DNA of 64,000 nt, from NCBI GenBank assembly GCA_964392925.1, contig CAYMRP010000004.1:71184-135183 (forward strand), in the 5' to 3' direction. Below, piece by piece: positions 8,152 through 18,276 of the stretch. A program made the position numbers and the translations under genes. This stretch comes from an uncultured Gammaproteobacteria bacterium (GTDB taxonomy: Bacteria > Patescibacteriota > Microgenomatia > Daviesbacterales > UBA10151). The notes under the pieces are model-generated. The model was not told the DNA's origin and did not search any database. It was given only the letters and a program-made list of their open reading frames with translations. Numbering within the stretch: the first letter of the stretch is position 1; every line of letters starts with the position of its first letter.

Positions 8152-9834
8152 TTACTTCTTAACACCTTTATAATCTGCAACAGTTATCCCTGCCCCACTT
8201 AAATGAGCCTGAGAGTATTCGTGCGTCGCATCCATCTTCTTATGCGGATTAAAAATTCCCCGGGGATCAAATATCTTCTTCACAGCCTTAAACAGCTTCA
8301 GCATCTCCGGTCCATACATCTTTTCTAAATATGGTCCCCGGACCAATCCATCATTATGCTCGGCCGCCATAGATCCCCCAAATTCAAAAACCAAATCAAA
8401 AACTTTCCTTGATATCTCCGGAATCAAATCACGGATCTCTTTTTTATGCATATCCATCAAAGGGATAATATGAAAATTCCCATTTCCAATATGCCCGGCA
8501 ATTGTATAAATAATCTTCTTACGATATGGACTTAATACTTTTTGCAGTCTCGGCAGAAAAGCTGGCAATTTCTCAACCCGCACTACAATATCATCAATAA
8601 ACGGCGCAGTCCTTAAAGTCTTTCCTGAATGATTTCTTAAAATATTAAAGCTATCTCGTCTTAAAATCCAGTACTTATCAGAATCGCCATAAGGCACTAC
8701 CCGGCTTATAACTTTAGGATATTTCTTTAGAGAGCTGTGCACACTCTCAGCCTGGCTCATGACTTCTTCTTGGGAATCCCCTGTAAACTCCGCAATCAAA
8801 ACAATCTTCGGTAATTTTCTAAACAAATCCCGCATAAACCCAGGCAATAATTTTAGTTGAATCGGGTCAGAATTATGCTTTTTGAAATCCTTCTTAAAAT
8901 CTGGAATAAATCTATACGAAAATTTGATAGTTTGATCATCAAAACACTCAAAACTCTCCGGCTTAAACTTCAACACCTCCAAAACTACTTTATCCAATTG
9001 GTCCAAAGACGCAAGCTCAATCTCCACCATCGCTTTTTTAGTTTTAGGCTTAATAAGTCCAAATTTAATCTGCGTTATGATCCCGAGAGTTCCTTGTGAG
9101 CCTACAATTAACTTATTTAAATCAAATATCGCCCGGTTTTTATCCCAAACATTCCATAAATAGAGTCCAGTCGAATTTTTTGATGTCTGTGGTTTATGCT
9201 TTTTAATTAAGTCTTCATTTCTCTCTATTAAATTAAAAATCTGTTTATATAAATTTCCCTCGAAAGTTTTCTCTTTCATTTTCGCATCAAGCTCTCTTTT
9301 AGTCAGAGGCTCAATAACATACTCCTGGCCATCAGCCAAAACCACTTTGAGCTCACGAACCCATCTTTCTGTTTGACCATAGCTTAATGTTTTTTCACCT
9401 GCTGAGTTATTGCCCACCATTCCACCAACAGTATTTAATTCTCGGGAAGAGGTATAACAGGGGAGCAGCAAATTCTTCTTAAGAGTTTCTTTTTCAAAAT
9501 TTCTATAATAAACTCCAGGCTGAGTTACAGCATAGTCGTTTCCAACCTGAATCACCCGGTCAAAGTGCTTTGTCATATCAAGAACCAACGACTCGGATAA
9601 TGATCCTCCTGACATACAGGTACCTGCGGCTCTTGGGGTCAGGGATATATCAACCTCTGGATGATCATTAACAAACTGAACCAGCTTTTGGATATCCTCT
9701 GAGTCCTTTGGCGCTATTACCAGTTCTGGTTTCACTACAAATATTGATGCGTCTTTTGAAAAAGTTTCTAAAACTTCTGGTGTATCGATAACCTCTCCTT
9801 TAATAACTTTTGACAACTGATCTTTAAGCTTCAT
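8152..9834 (-). CDS. FAD-linked oxidase (PCMH-type FAD-binding domain; D-lactate dehydrogenase/GlcD-like)
   Basis: 560 aa. The N-terminal FAD_binding_4-like region (PRAAGTCMSGGS) and C-terminal oxidase domain are consistent with the family. Confidence 0.75.
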   Translation of the reverse strand: MKLKDQLSKVIKGEVIDTPEVLETFSKDASIFVVKPELVIAPKDSEDIQKLVQFVNDHPEVDISLTPRAAGTCMSGGSLSESLVLDMTKHFDRVIQVGNDYAVTQPGVYYRNFEKETLKKNLLLPCYTSSRELNTVGGMVGNNSAGEKTLSYGQTERWVRELKVVLADGQEYVIEPLTKRELDAKMKEKTFEGNLYKQIFNLIERNEDLIKKHKPQTSKNSTGLYLWNVWDKNRAIFDLNKLIVGSQGTLGIITQIKFGLIKPKTKKAMVEIELASLDQLDKVVLEVLKFKPESFECFDDQTIKFSYRFIPDFKKDFKKHNSDPIQLKLLPGFMRDLFRKLPKIVLIAEFTGDSQEEVMSQAESVHSSLKKYPKVISRVVPYGDSDKYWILRRDSFNILRNHSGKTLRTAPFIDDIVVRVEKLPAFLPRLQKVLSPYRKKIIYTIAGHIGNGNFHIIPLMDMHKKEIRDLIPEISRKVFDLVFEFGGSMAAEHNDGLVRGPYLEKMYGPEMLKLFKAVKKIFDPRGIFNPHKKMDATHEYSQAHLSGAGITVADYKGVKK

Positions 9835-9964
9835 TAATTAATAATAGAGGCTTTTAGTATCTCAAAACACCCCCTAAAAATAGACCTATAGATTTGATTA
9901 TTGACCCATAGTATGGTATTATATTCACTTCAGTTAAAGCTATTTAGGCTCAAAACTGACAAAT

Positions 9965-10639
9965 ATGATACAAACTGCCCTAATTTCAGTAATGCTTCTT
10001 TCAAACGTCGCCTTTACCCAGGCTGAATTTCCTACCACAGCCTCCGCCCAGTTGAAAACTGAGGCTAGCCAGGCTCAAACTATCCTAGGCTCAAGATCGA
10101 TGTCTTTAAACATGAGATATGGCTACGACGTGCCTGAGAACGTTTATAAAGACAATATTTTACTTAATTTAGCCTATCTCTCAGGCACAGTTAAATCTAA
10201 AAACGACATCAATTGGGACGTTTTAAAACAGCCTTCATCTACGAAATTCACTTTAAAACCAGGTGAAAGATTTGCTTATCACGATTTAATCGATCCTCAA
10301 TATCAAGATAATGTTGTTGTAACTGCCCATACTAACTTTGGAGCTGGCGATGGTTATAAATTCGAAGGTGGACTATATGGAATGGGTGTTTGTCACTTAG
10401 CTTCTTTAATCCATTGGGCTGCGCTTGATGCTGGACTAGAATCAATTGCTCCAAGCAACCATGACTTTTATGCTATACCTGAAATCCCTAAACAATATGG
10501 AGTAGCAATTTACGCAAGCCCTGATGCAGTTTCTTCATCTGTAAGACAAAATCTTTATATTAAAAACACTCTGGATTCAGAAATAACAATTAAATTTGAT
10601 TTCGACGGAGTAAATCTAATAGTTAGCGTTATTAAGTAA
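9965..10639 (+). CDS. VanW-family secreted protein
   Basis: Signal peptide, a GERFAYHDL segment and a GGLYGMGVCHLASLIHWAALDAGL segment matching the VanW GGGVCQ...AGL core, then SNHDFY...ASPDAV. Confidence 0.6.
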   Translation: MIQTALISVMLLSNVAFTQAEFPTTASAQLKTEASQAQTILGSRSMSLNMRYGYDVPENVYKDNILLNLAYLSGTVKSKNDINWDVLKQPSSTKFTLKPGERFAYHDLIDPQYQDNVVVTAHTNFGAGDGYKFEGGLYGMGVCHLASLIHWAALDAGLESIAPSNHDFYAIPEIPKQYGVAIYASPDAVSSSVRQNLYIKNTLDSEITIKFDFDGVNLIVSVIK

Positions 10640-10641
10640 GT

Positions 10642-11343
10642 TTAGTGAACTCTTACCCTTGTCCCAGGATTATCTACAGATGCTCTTAAAGCATTAACCC
10701 CAGGCGGTAAAACAGGTCCAGTCCAATCGAATAACTCAGCAACTTCAGCCAATGGTGAATTAACACATCCATGACTCATTGGGTTTCCAAAATTACTGTG
10801 CCAATACGCCCCATGTATCGCATAACCCTGATAAAAGAACATATTATGAGGCACATTCGGTAAGTAATAATAAGTTCCTAATTCTTTTGAGCCCCCTTTC
10901 ATCGCCTGAGAACGGGTCTTATACCAAATTCTAAATTCCCCCTTTGGTGTTGCAGCCCATTTACCAGAAGATATTAAAAACTCTTTAACAATTGTATCGC
11001 CTTCATAAGCCCTTAACTTCTGCTCATCAAGCGAAACATCAATCCATTTTTCCTCACCTGCTGCATTTGTTATTCCGAGTACACTCACATCTTGAATTTG
11101 ATTATTGGATAAAATTTGAGCCAGAGATGTCTTTGGGTAATCTATGATCTCATTATTGTAAATTGCCAAATTAGCACCCTCATCAAAACCTCCATCAGAT
11201 AAATTATTTACATCACAGCACGACAATGTTGTATCTCCTGAAATTCCAAGTCTATAAGCAGCCTCACGGCGAATTGGTGTGTAATTAAAAGCGCCCACAA
11301 TCAGGGCTATAAAGACTAGTATGGGCAGAAAACGTATCATCAC
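10642..11343 (-). CDS. L,D-transpeptidase (YkuD domain)
   Basis: Catalytic motif AIHGAYWHSNFGNPMSHGCVNS (His...SHGC) and an N-terminal TM anchor. Confidence 0.85.
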   Translation of the reverse strand: MMIRFLPILVFIALIVGAFNYTPIRREAAYRLGISGDTTLSCCDVNNLSDGGFDEGANLAIYNNEIIDYPKTSLAQILSNNQIQDVSVLGITNAAGEEKWIDVSLDEQKLRAYEGDTIVKEFLISSGKWAATPKGEFRIWYKTRSQAMKGGSKELGTYYYLPNVPHNMFFYQGYAIHGAYWHSNFGNPMSHGCVNSPLAEVAELFDWTGPVLPPGVNALRASVDNPGTRVRVH

Positions 11344-11417
11344 TTCAGCGAAGAAAATAAAGCCTCAACGCTTAATATATTGTCCGGTTTGCTAGTATAA
11401 TAAGTCAAGACTTCAAT

Positions 11418-12503
11418 ATGAGAATCCACTGGTTTTTTAAAGTTACAGGTTTTTTTGCGGCGATTTTTATAATCTGGCTGCTGTTTTATTATGCTCTCCC
11501 GGAAATATTACCTGCGCAAAGAGTCGAGTCATCAGAAGTCTATGGACTAATCTTCTCTGATCAAATTTGGGGAGGAAATATTAAAATTGTTGGAGATGTT
11601 TATACTCTCACAAATAGTAAGGTAACGATTCTTCCGGGAACTAAAATAAAAGTTGCCATTAATAGTGATAAATCAAATATGGATCTTCTTCCTTGGCATA
11701 GAAAGGAAGGAGTTAACACCGGAGATTTTTATAAAGGTGTTAAAACTGGTGAGCCTTTCTGGAATGAAAGCCGGAAAATTCAAATCCATCTCAATACAGT
11801 CGAAATGATTGGAGAGCCCAGCAATACTATCGAAATAACCTCAGAATCAGAAGACCCTAGTCCATATGACTATAATATTTTAAGTATAAGATCAGGTAAG
11901 ATTACGCACGCTTTATTTTCTAACTACCGCCGTTTTGAAACTAATGGCGATTTAGAAGTAATGAACTCTACCTTTCGTAATACAGGTGAATGCGCACTCT
12001 GTATAACTGGTGGAACACCCAGAGTCTACAACAATACTTTTGAAAATAGCTTACGTGAGTCAATTTGGATTAAAAAAGCCAGCCCCATAATCGATAATAA
12101 TTTATTCATTAACCTAACCGGAGATGGAATAAAAATAGATCCTCAAAAAATTGCCGCACCTCATATCGTAAATAATGTTTTTGAAATGCCTCAACGAGGA
12201 GCAATTGATATAATAGCAGGAAGTCAACTTGGGGAAATATTAATTGCCAGAAATATTTTCTCCGGAAATTCGCAGATTAAAATCGCTTGTGATGCACAAG
12301 TCAAAATAAGAGATAATGCTATCTTTGGGCTGATTAGTTTTACCAATGGTTGTACTGGTGGATTCACCTTTGGGTCCAATTTTTGGGGAACTATTGACCC
12401 GCGAATTATCCTCAGTGAAAAAATTCTCAGTAAATATGAAAGATTCCGCATTGAAATACCTAACGTTCTATTTATGGCTCCTAAAGGAGCGGGGAGGAAA
12501 TAG
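11418..12503 (+). CDS. Right-handed parallel beta-helix repeat protein (pectate-lyase-fold, secreted/membrane-anchored)
   Basis: Repeated N-x-F/I-x-N turns (NNTFENS, DNNLFINL, NNVFEM, RNIFSGN, DNAIFG) typical of PbH1 repeats, plus an N-terminal TM helix. Confidence 0.6.
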   Translation: MRIHWFFKVTGFFAAIFIIWLLFYYALPEILPAQRVESSEVYGLIFSDQIWGGNIKIVGDVYTLTNSKVTILPGTKIKVAINSDKSNMDLLPWHRKEGVNTGDFYKGVKTGEPFWNESRKIQIHLNTVEMIGEPSNTIEITSESEDPSPYDYNILSIRSGKITHALFSNYRRFETNGDLEVMNSTFRNTGECALCITGGTPRVYNNTFENSLRESIWIKKASPIIDNNLFINLTGDGIKIDPQKIAAPHIVNNVFEMPQRGAIDIIAGSQLGEILIARNIFSGNSQIKIACDAQVKIRDNAIFGLISFTNGCTGGFTFGSNFWGTIDPRIILSEKILSKYERFRIEIPNVLFMAPKGAGRK

Positions 12504-12557
12504 TAACTGAAAAATTTATTAGCATTCTTAGGAATATTACTTCTTAGTAGCTTTGTT

Positions 12558-13439
12558 TTGTTTAAATCTGGTGAATTCTTTACTAAATCCAGCTTAACGT
12601 CACCCGTGCTTGGAGTAGCGAAGGAAAGAGTTTCTGAAAACGTCTGGGCTCCTCATATAGAGGATATCACTTTAAATCAGTTTATTGATGCCCCAGAAAT
12701 AACCGCCATCTCAGCATTATTTGTTGACACTACAACCGGTCAGGTTTTATATGAGAAAAATTCTCAGCAGGAATTGTCTATTGCTTCGTTGACTAAAATA
12801 ATGACAACTATAATTGCTCTGGAGAATAAAACCCCCGAAGATCTTTTTACAGTGTCTGAACATGCCTCCAGCATGGAGCCCGATAAAATGTATTTGATAG
12901 CTGGAGAAAAAATCAGCCTAAGCAACTTACTAGATGGAATATTCCTGGTCTCTGCCAACGATGCAGCGGAAGTTATCGCTGAGAACACCTCTGGGAGAAG
13001 AGAGGAGTTTATTAATTTAATGAATTCTAAAGCCAGGCAACTAGGTATGAATAATACTTTTTTCCTCAATCCCTCCGGTCTTGAAGAAGATTTTGCTAAA
13101 CAGTATTCAACAGCCCTTGATGTCGCTGTTATGTCTAGATATTTAATTACCAGGTGGCCTAATGTTGTTAATATTTCCTCGCAACCCCATGTTTATATCG
13201 AACGGACAGACTATCACCAAGATTATGATATGTATAGCGGTATTAATTTACTCACTACTTATCCGGGAGTTTTAGGATTAAAAACTGGCTATACTCCTGT
13301 TGCCGGCTTAACTCTAGTAACTTTAGCTAGGCGTGGCGATAAAGAAGTCTTAGGCGTTTTACTTGGTGCTGTTAACCGTCGGGACGATGCTAAGGCCTTA
13401 CTAGACTATTCCTTCAAAAAACTCGGTTTAGAGATATAA
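12558..13439 (+). CDS. D-alanyl-D-alanine carboxypeptidase (peptidase S11, PBP5-like); the true N-terminus probably lies upstream
   Basis: SxxK (SIASLTKIM), SxN (SAND) and KTG (LKTGYT) motifs. The track start is TTG, and an in-frame hydrophobic signal-like segment is encoded just upstream (see finding). Confidence 0.85.
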   Translation: MFKSGEFFTKSSLTSPVLGVAKERVSENVWAPHIEDITLNQFIDAPEITAISALFVDTTTGQVLYEKNSQQELSIASLTKIMTTIIALENKTPEDLFTVSEHASSMEPDKMYLIAGEKISLSNLLDGIFLVSANDAAEVIAENTSGRREEFINLMNSKARQLGMNNTFFLNPSGLEEDFAKQYSTALDVAVMSRYLITRWPNVVNISSQPHVYIERTDYHQDYDMYSGINLLTTYPGVLGLKTGYTPVAGLTLVTLARRGDKEVLGVLLGAVNRRDDAKALLDYSFKKLGLEI

Positions 13440-13528
13440 ATCTTACCCCACTTCTTCATACCCAAAATAAACTATGAGCTAGCTTTCAGGATTAGAGTAT
13501 GTTATTATAGGCCCTCATAATTTTCCCA

Positions 13529-16500
13529 ATGAATCTGGGAATAGATGTTATGGGTTTAAACATGAGCAATTTAGATATCATCATCCCGGTTAAAAACGAA
13601 GAAGGCAATATTCTTGCCTTAGTCCAGAGAATCAGTCAAGCAATGAAGCTTGGAAATCTTTCCTATAAAATGATTTTCATCGATGATAATTCAAGCGATA
13701 AAACTGTCTCCTCTCTAGAAATACTAAAAAAAATCTATCCAATTGAAATACATCCAAAAAAGGGCAAGCCAGGCAAAGCTTATTCAATAATTGAGGGAGT
13801 CGATTACGCAACCAGCGATAACATCGCCATGATCGATGCCGATCTTCAATACCCCCCAGAAGTTTTGCCTCAAATGCTCAAACAATTAGCAGATTCAGGG
13901 GTAGTAATCGCCCGCCGGAAAACAGCCCAGGGCTCAAAGTTGCGAAGATTCGTCAGTAAAGCTTTTACCAATGTATTTGGCGGCCTTCTTCACAACCTAA
14001 ACGTTGATGTTCAATCAGGACTCAAAGTCTTCAAAAAAGAAGTAATTGAAAAAATAGACCCCAAGAAAATAACACCTTGGACTTTAGACCTCTCACTGGT
14101 TTTAGTTGCCCGGGATTTAGGATTAGGCATTTCAGAAGTTGATATTGAATTTGATAAAAGAAAAAATGGTAATTCAAAAGTAAGTTTAGTCAGAACTTCA
14201 ATTGAAATCGGCAAAAACGCTTTAAAGCTTAAGTTCTTTAGAAAAAGACAATTCACTATTAAACCAACTAAAGAAAACTCCATGATCGGTGGAGGCATAA
14301 TACTTAAGGGTAAAAAATATATTACTCACACCACCTTAGAAGATAAGCATCTCGCTCTCAAAACATTTAGCACCACCCAAAAGTTCATTATTGGCTCACT
14401 AGTTACCGCTGCCATAGTTGGTTTAATCACAAATCCTCTTGCTGCAATTTTAACTATAGTCGCGATTCTCAGCGTAATTTATTTTATTGACGTTGTTTTT
14501 AATATTAGTGTTGTTCTGAAGAGTCTTCATTTTCCGCCAGAAATTAAAATACCCTCGGAAGACATCGAGGCTGTAGATGATAGTAAATTACCAACCTATA
14601 CAATTCTCTGTCCTCTCTATCGAGAAGCGGATGTATTGCCGCAGTTTTTGGAGTCTATCGAAAAACTTGATTGGCCTAAAAGTAAGCTTGATGTCATACT
14701 TTTACTTGAGGAAGATGATAAAGAGACTGTCGCTGAAATTAGTAAAAAAAGACTTCCATATTACGTCAGGGCTTTAATTACTCCCGACTCTCAGCCTAAA
14801 ACAAAGCCCAAGGCCTGTAACTACGGTTTAGCCCATGCTAACGGTGAATACCTAGTTATTTATGATGCCGAAGATCGACCTGATCCAGACCAATTAAAAA
14901 AGGCCTATCTCGGCTTTAAAAATTCCGGATCTAAAATTGTCTGCTTGCAGGCAAAATTGAACTATTTTAATCCTCACCAAAATTTACTCACCCGTTTCTT
15001 TACCGCTGAATATTCACTCTGGTTCGATGTTATGCTACCGGGACTCCAGTCTATTAATACTGTGATCCCTCTGGGCGGTACCTCAAATCACTTCAGAACC
15101 GCCACCTTAAGAGATCTCGAAGGATGGGATCCATTCAACGTCACAGAGGATTGTGACTTAGGAGTGAGAATCTTTAAAAAAGGCTGGTCAACAGCAATTA
15201 TCGATTCAATAACTCTAGAAGAAGCCAATTCAAATTGGGCTAATTGGATCAGGCAGCGTTCAAGATGGCTCAAAGGTTATATGCAAACCTACCTGGTTCA
15301 TATGCGTAATCCTTTCAGTTTTATTGCTCAAAACGGCTGGCACGCTTTTGTTTTTCAACTAATTATTGGTGCCCGTATCTCGTTCATGCTTATTAACCCG
15401 ATTCTTTGGTTAACGACTCTTTCCTATTTTGCTCTCTACGCCTATGTTGGTCCGGCAATTGAAGAGATTTTTCCTTCAGCAATATTCTATATGGCGGTCT
15501 TTTCTCTTTTAGTCGGTAACTTCTCATATATCTATAACTACATGATAGGTGCCTTAAAGCGCGAGCACTATTCGCTTATTAAGTTCATTTTCTTGATCCC
15601 AATCTATTGGCTGGTGGCATCCTACGCAGCTGGAGTGGCTGCTTATCAATTAATTGTTAAACCTCACTATTGGGAAAAAACTGTCCACGGTCTCCATATC
15701 AAAAAAATGACTATAGAGAGTATAAAAGAAGAAATACTGCCCACGCTTACTGCCGATTTAATTAAGCCCTCTGACGGAAGAATGTCATTCTACAAGAAGC
15801 TATCCTTACCAAAAGCTTTAATACCAAGTGCAATTTACACCTTAGCTACTTTTATCTCAGGGATTCTTAACCTAGGATTTAATGTCTTCTTAGGTAGAGT
15901 AATCAGCTTTGAGAACTTAGCGACCTTAAGTTTAGTAAGCAGTTTTTTGTATTTTTCTTCAGTGCCTCAGAACTCCTTACTAAGCACTATCACCCATAAA
16001 GTTGGTTATCTAGAAGGTAAAGGTAAGTTAACATCAGCACTTCATTTTTTTAAACAGGCAACAAATAGATCGCTTTTAATATCTTTTATTGCCTCGGCTG
16101 CATGGCTTTTTTCAATTCCCTTTCTAATGGATTATTTCCAATCAGATGATATATTTCCTTTTCTTCTCTTTACCCCTGTTTGGACACTTGGTACGGTTTT
16201 CGCTCTGATGAAGGGGTTTTTAGTAGGGAGATTAATGCTTGCCAGAGTAGGGTTTATTCTTTTTGCTGAAACTGTATTTAAATTTAGCATAGCGCTCATT
16301 TTTATATATTTTAATCTTTCCCACTGGGCATTTGTTGCTCTACCAGGATCGATTGTGCTCAGCGCAATTCTGATAATTCTTATCTCGGGAAAACTACTTA
16401 AAGTGCCAGAGAATGCTCCACAGTTAAAAAATGAATTTAGCTTTCCTCTTAAGTTCTATTCTGCTTCTGCCCTATCAATACTTGCACCCATTGCCTTTTT

Positions 16501-18274
16501 AAGTATGGATGTCCTCTTGGCTAAGCACTACTTAGCTCCCGTTGAAGCGGGTAAGTACGCCTTGCTTTCTGTCATTGGAAAAATCATTTTCTTTATGGGT
16601 GCATTAGCTAATCAGCTAGTGCTGCCTCTGGTTAGTCGAAATGAGGGCGCGGGTCGAAGTTCAGAAAAGTTTCTTGGCTGGGTATTTATTGGAACATTCT
16701 TAGTCACAAGTCTGGGCTTCATTTTCTGGGGTTTACTTGGAGGCTATACAGTACCTCTAGTTTTCGGAGAAAAAGCCAATGAAATAACACAATTCTTAGA
16801 AATATTCACTTTTACAATGATATGTTTCTCACTCTCAAGAGTATTAGTGTCTTATTTTCTGGCCAAAAAAGTTTACACCTTCCCTATTGTTTCATCTCTA
16901 ATTGTTATTCTCCAATTCGCTTTAATTTATTTTAATCATTCCGACTTAGGGTCAATAGTTTTTGATATGTTCTTGGTCGGAGTAATTGATTTACTTGCTA
17001 TGGCTATTCTTTATTTATTCTTGCCGTATGTAAAAATATTTGAAAATAATGTTAGCGATTTATTTGGATTATTTACCCGATCACTTCCTTTTAGTAAAGC
17101 TGAAGCTAACAAAAAAGTCCGAATTCTCATATTCAATTGGAGAGATATCAGCCATGTCTGGTCTGGTGGAGCAGAGAACTATATTCATGAATTAGCAAAA
17201 CTTTGGGTGGAACAGGGTTATCAGGTAACTATTTTTTCAGGTAACGATAACTTAAGTAAACGGTATGAAGTTTTAGACGGTGTACAAATAGTTAGAAGGG
17301 GTGGGTTCTATACAGTCTACTTCTGGGCAGTTTTATATTATATTTTCCGTTTCCGCGGTCTATATGATTTAGTTATAGATTCTGAAAACGGCATCCCTTT
17401 CTTTACGCCTCTATACGTTGGAAAAGCAAAGCTTTTATTAATTCATCATATCCACCAAGAAGTTTTCAGAAATCACCTTTCTTTGCCACTGGCAATTTTT
17501 GCATCATTCCTTGAAGGCAAACTTATGCCATTTATTTATAAAAATCAAAAAGTTATAACAGTTTCTGAATCTTCAAAGCAGGAAATCTTAAAACTGGGCA
17601 AGGATGTATTTGGTGCAATTGAAATTGTTAATCCTGGAATTCACACTCATAAATTCCTCACCCTAAAGAAAACAACAAATCCATCATTCTTATATCTCGG
17701 CCGACTGCAGCCTTACAAGAATATTGAAGTAGCAATTAAAGCATTCGCACAAGTTATTTCTAAATACCCTGATGCCACTTTAACAATTGCCGGTTTTGGT
17801 GAAAGTCTGATATCTCTTAAAAAACTAGCCGGCCAATTATCAATAGAAAAATCAGTTATTTTTACTGGCCGTGTCACTGATGAGAGGAAGTACGAGCTGT
17901 TATCAGAAAGCTGGGTTATGCTTCAGCCCTCAATGATTGAAGGCTGGGGGATCACTGTTATAGAAGCAAATGCGTCCGGAACTCCTGTAATCGCCTCAAA
18001 TGTTAACGGTCTTCGTGATTCAGTTGTCGATGGTAGAACCGGCATGTTAGTTAGACCAAAAGATGTTCAGATGTTTGCCCGGGTCATGACAGATCTTATT
18101 GAAAATAAAGAATTTAGAGATTACTTATCAGCTCAGGGAATTAAGTGGTCACAAAATTTTTCTTGGAAAAAACAGGCTGAAAAATATACTCACATTATAG
18201 AAGAGACCCTCTCTGATCATACCAAGAAAGGTATAAATTTAACAAAATCATGGAGTTTAAATTTTAGAAAGTAA
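13529..18274 (+). CDS. Giant multidomain glycan synthase: GT2 (polyprenyl-P-sugar synthase-like) + processive GT2 (QxxRW) + polysaccharide-exporter-like TM domain + GT4
   Basis: A single 1581-aa ORF without internal stops. Domain 1: IIIPVKNEEGNI...FIDDNSSD...DADLQYPP. Domain 2: YTILCPLYRE...DAEDRPD...TEDCDLGVRIF...QRSRWLKGYMQ. Then about 14 predicted TM helices (polysaccharide biosynthesis/Wzx-like). C-terminal GT4: EGWGITVIEANASGTPVIAS. An alternative start is the ATG at 13562 (MSNLDIIIPV). Confidence 0.8.
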   Translation: MNLGIDVMGLNMSNLDIIIPVKNEEGNILALVQRISQAMKLGNLSYKMIFIDDNSSDKTVSSLEILKKIYPIEIHPKKGKPGKAYSIIEGVDYATSDNIAMIDADLQYPPEVLPQMLKQLADSGVVIARRKTAQGSKLRRFVSKAFTNVFGGLLHNLNVDVQSGLKVFKKEVIEKIDPKKITPWTLDLSLVLVARDLGLGISEVDIEFDKRKNGNSKVSLVRTSIEIGKNALKLKFFRKRQFTIKPTKENSMIGGGIILKGKKYITHTTLEDKHLALKTFSTTQKFIIGSLVTAAIVGLITNPLAAILTIVAILSVIYFIDVVFNISVVLKSLHFPPEIKIPSEDIEAVDDSKLPTYTILCPLYREADVLPQFLESIEKLDWPKSKLDVILLLEEDDKETVAEISKKRLPYYVRALITPDSQPKTKPKACNYGLAHANGEYLVIYDAEDRPDPDQLKKAYLGFKNSGSKIVCLQAKLNYFNPHQNLLTRFFTAEYSLWFDVMLPGLQSINTVIPLGGTSNHFRTATLRDLEGWDPFNVTEDCDLGVRIFKKGWSTAIIDSITLEEANSNWANWIRQRSRWLKGYMQTYLVHMRNPFSFIAQNGWHAFVFQLIIGARISFMLINPILWLTTLSYFALYAYVGPAIEEIFPSAIFYMAVFSLLVGNFSYIYNYMIGALKREHYSLIKFIFLIPIYWLVASYAAGVAAYQLIVKPHYWEKTVHGLHIKKMTIESIKEEILPTLTADLIKPSDGRMSFYKKLSLPKALIPSAIYTLATFISGILNLGFNVFLGRVISFENLATLSLVSSFLYFSSVPQNSLLSTITHKVGYLEGKGKLTSALHFFKQATNRSLLISFIASAAWLFSIPFLMDYFQSDDIFPFLLFTPVWTLGTVFALMKGFLVGRLMLARVGFILFAETVFKFSIALIFIYFNLSHWAFVALPGSIVLSAILIILISGKLLKVPENAPQLKNEFSFPLKFYSASALSILAPIAFLSMDVLLAKHYLAPVEAGKYALLSVIGKIIFFMGALANQLVLPLVSRNEGAGRSSEKFLGWVFIGTFLVTSLGFIFWGLLGGYTVPLVFGEKANEITQFLEIFTFTMICFSLSRVLVSYFLAKKVYTFPIVSSLIVILQFALIYFNHSDLGSIVFDMFLVGVIDLLAMAILYLFLPYVKIFENNVSDLFGLFTRSLPFSKAEANKKVRILIFNWRDISHVWSGGAENYIHELAKLWVEQGYQVTIFSGNDNLSKRYEVLDGVQIVRRGGFYTVYFWAVLYYIFRFRGLYDLVIDSENGIPFFTPLYVGKAKLLLIHHIHQEVFRNHLSLPLAIFASFLEGKLMPFIYKNQKVITVSESSKQEILKLGKDVFGAIEIVNPGIHTHKFLTLKKTTNPSFLYLGRLQPYKNIEVAIKAFAQVISKYPDATLTIAGFGESLISLKKLAGQLSIEKSVIFTGRVTDERKYELLSESWVMLQPSMIEGWGITVIEANASGTPVIASNVNGLRDSVVDGRTGMLVRPKDVQMFARVMTDLIENKEFRDYLSAQGIKWSQNFSWKKQAEKYTHIIEETLSDHTKKGINLTKSWSLNFRK

Positions 18275-18276
18275 TT

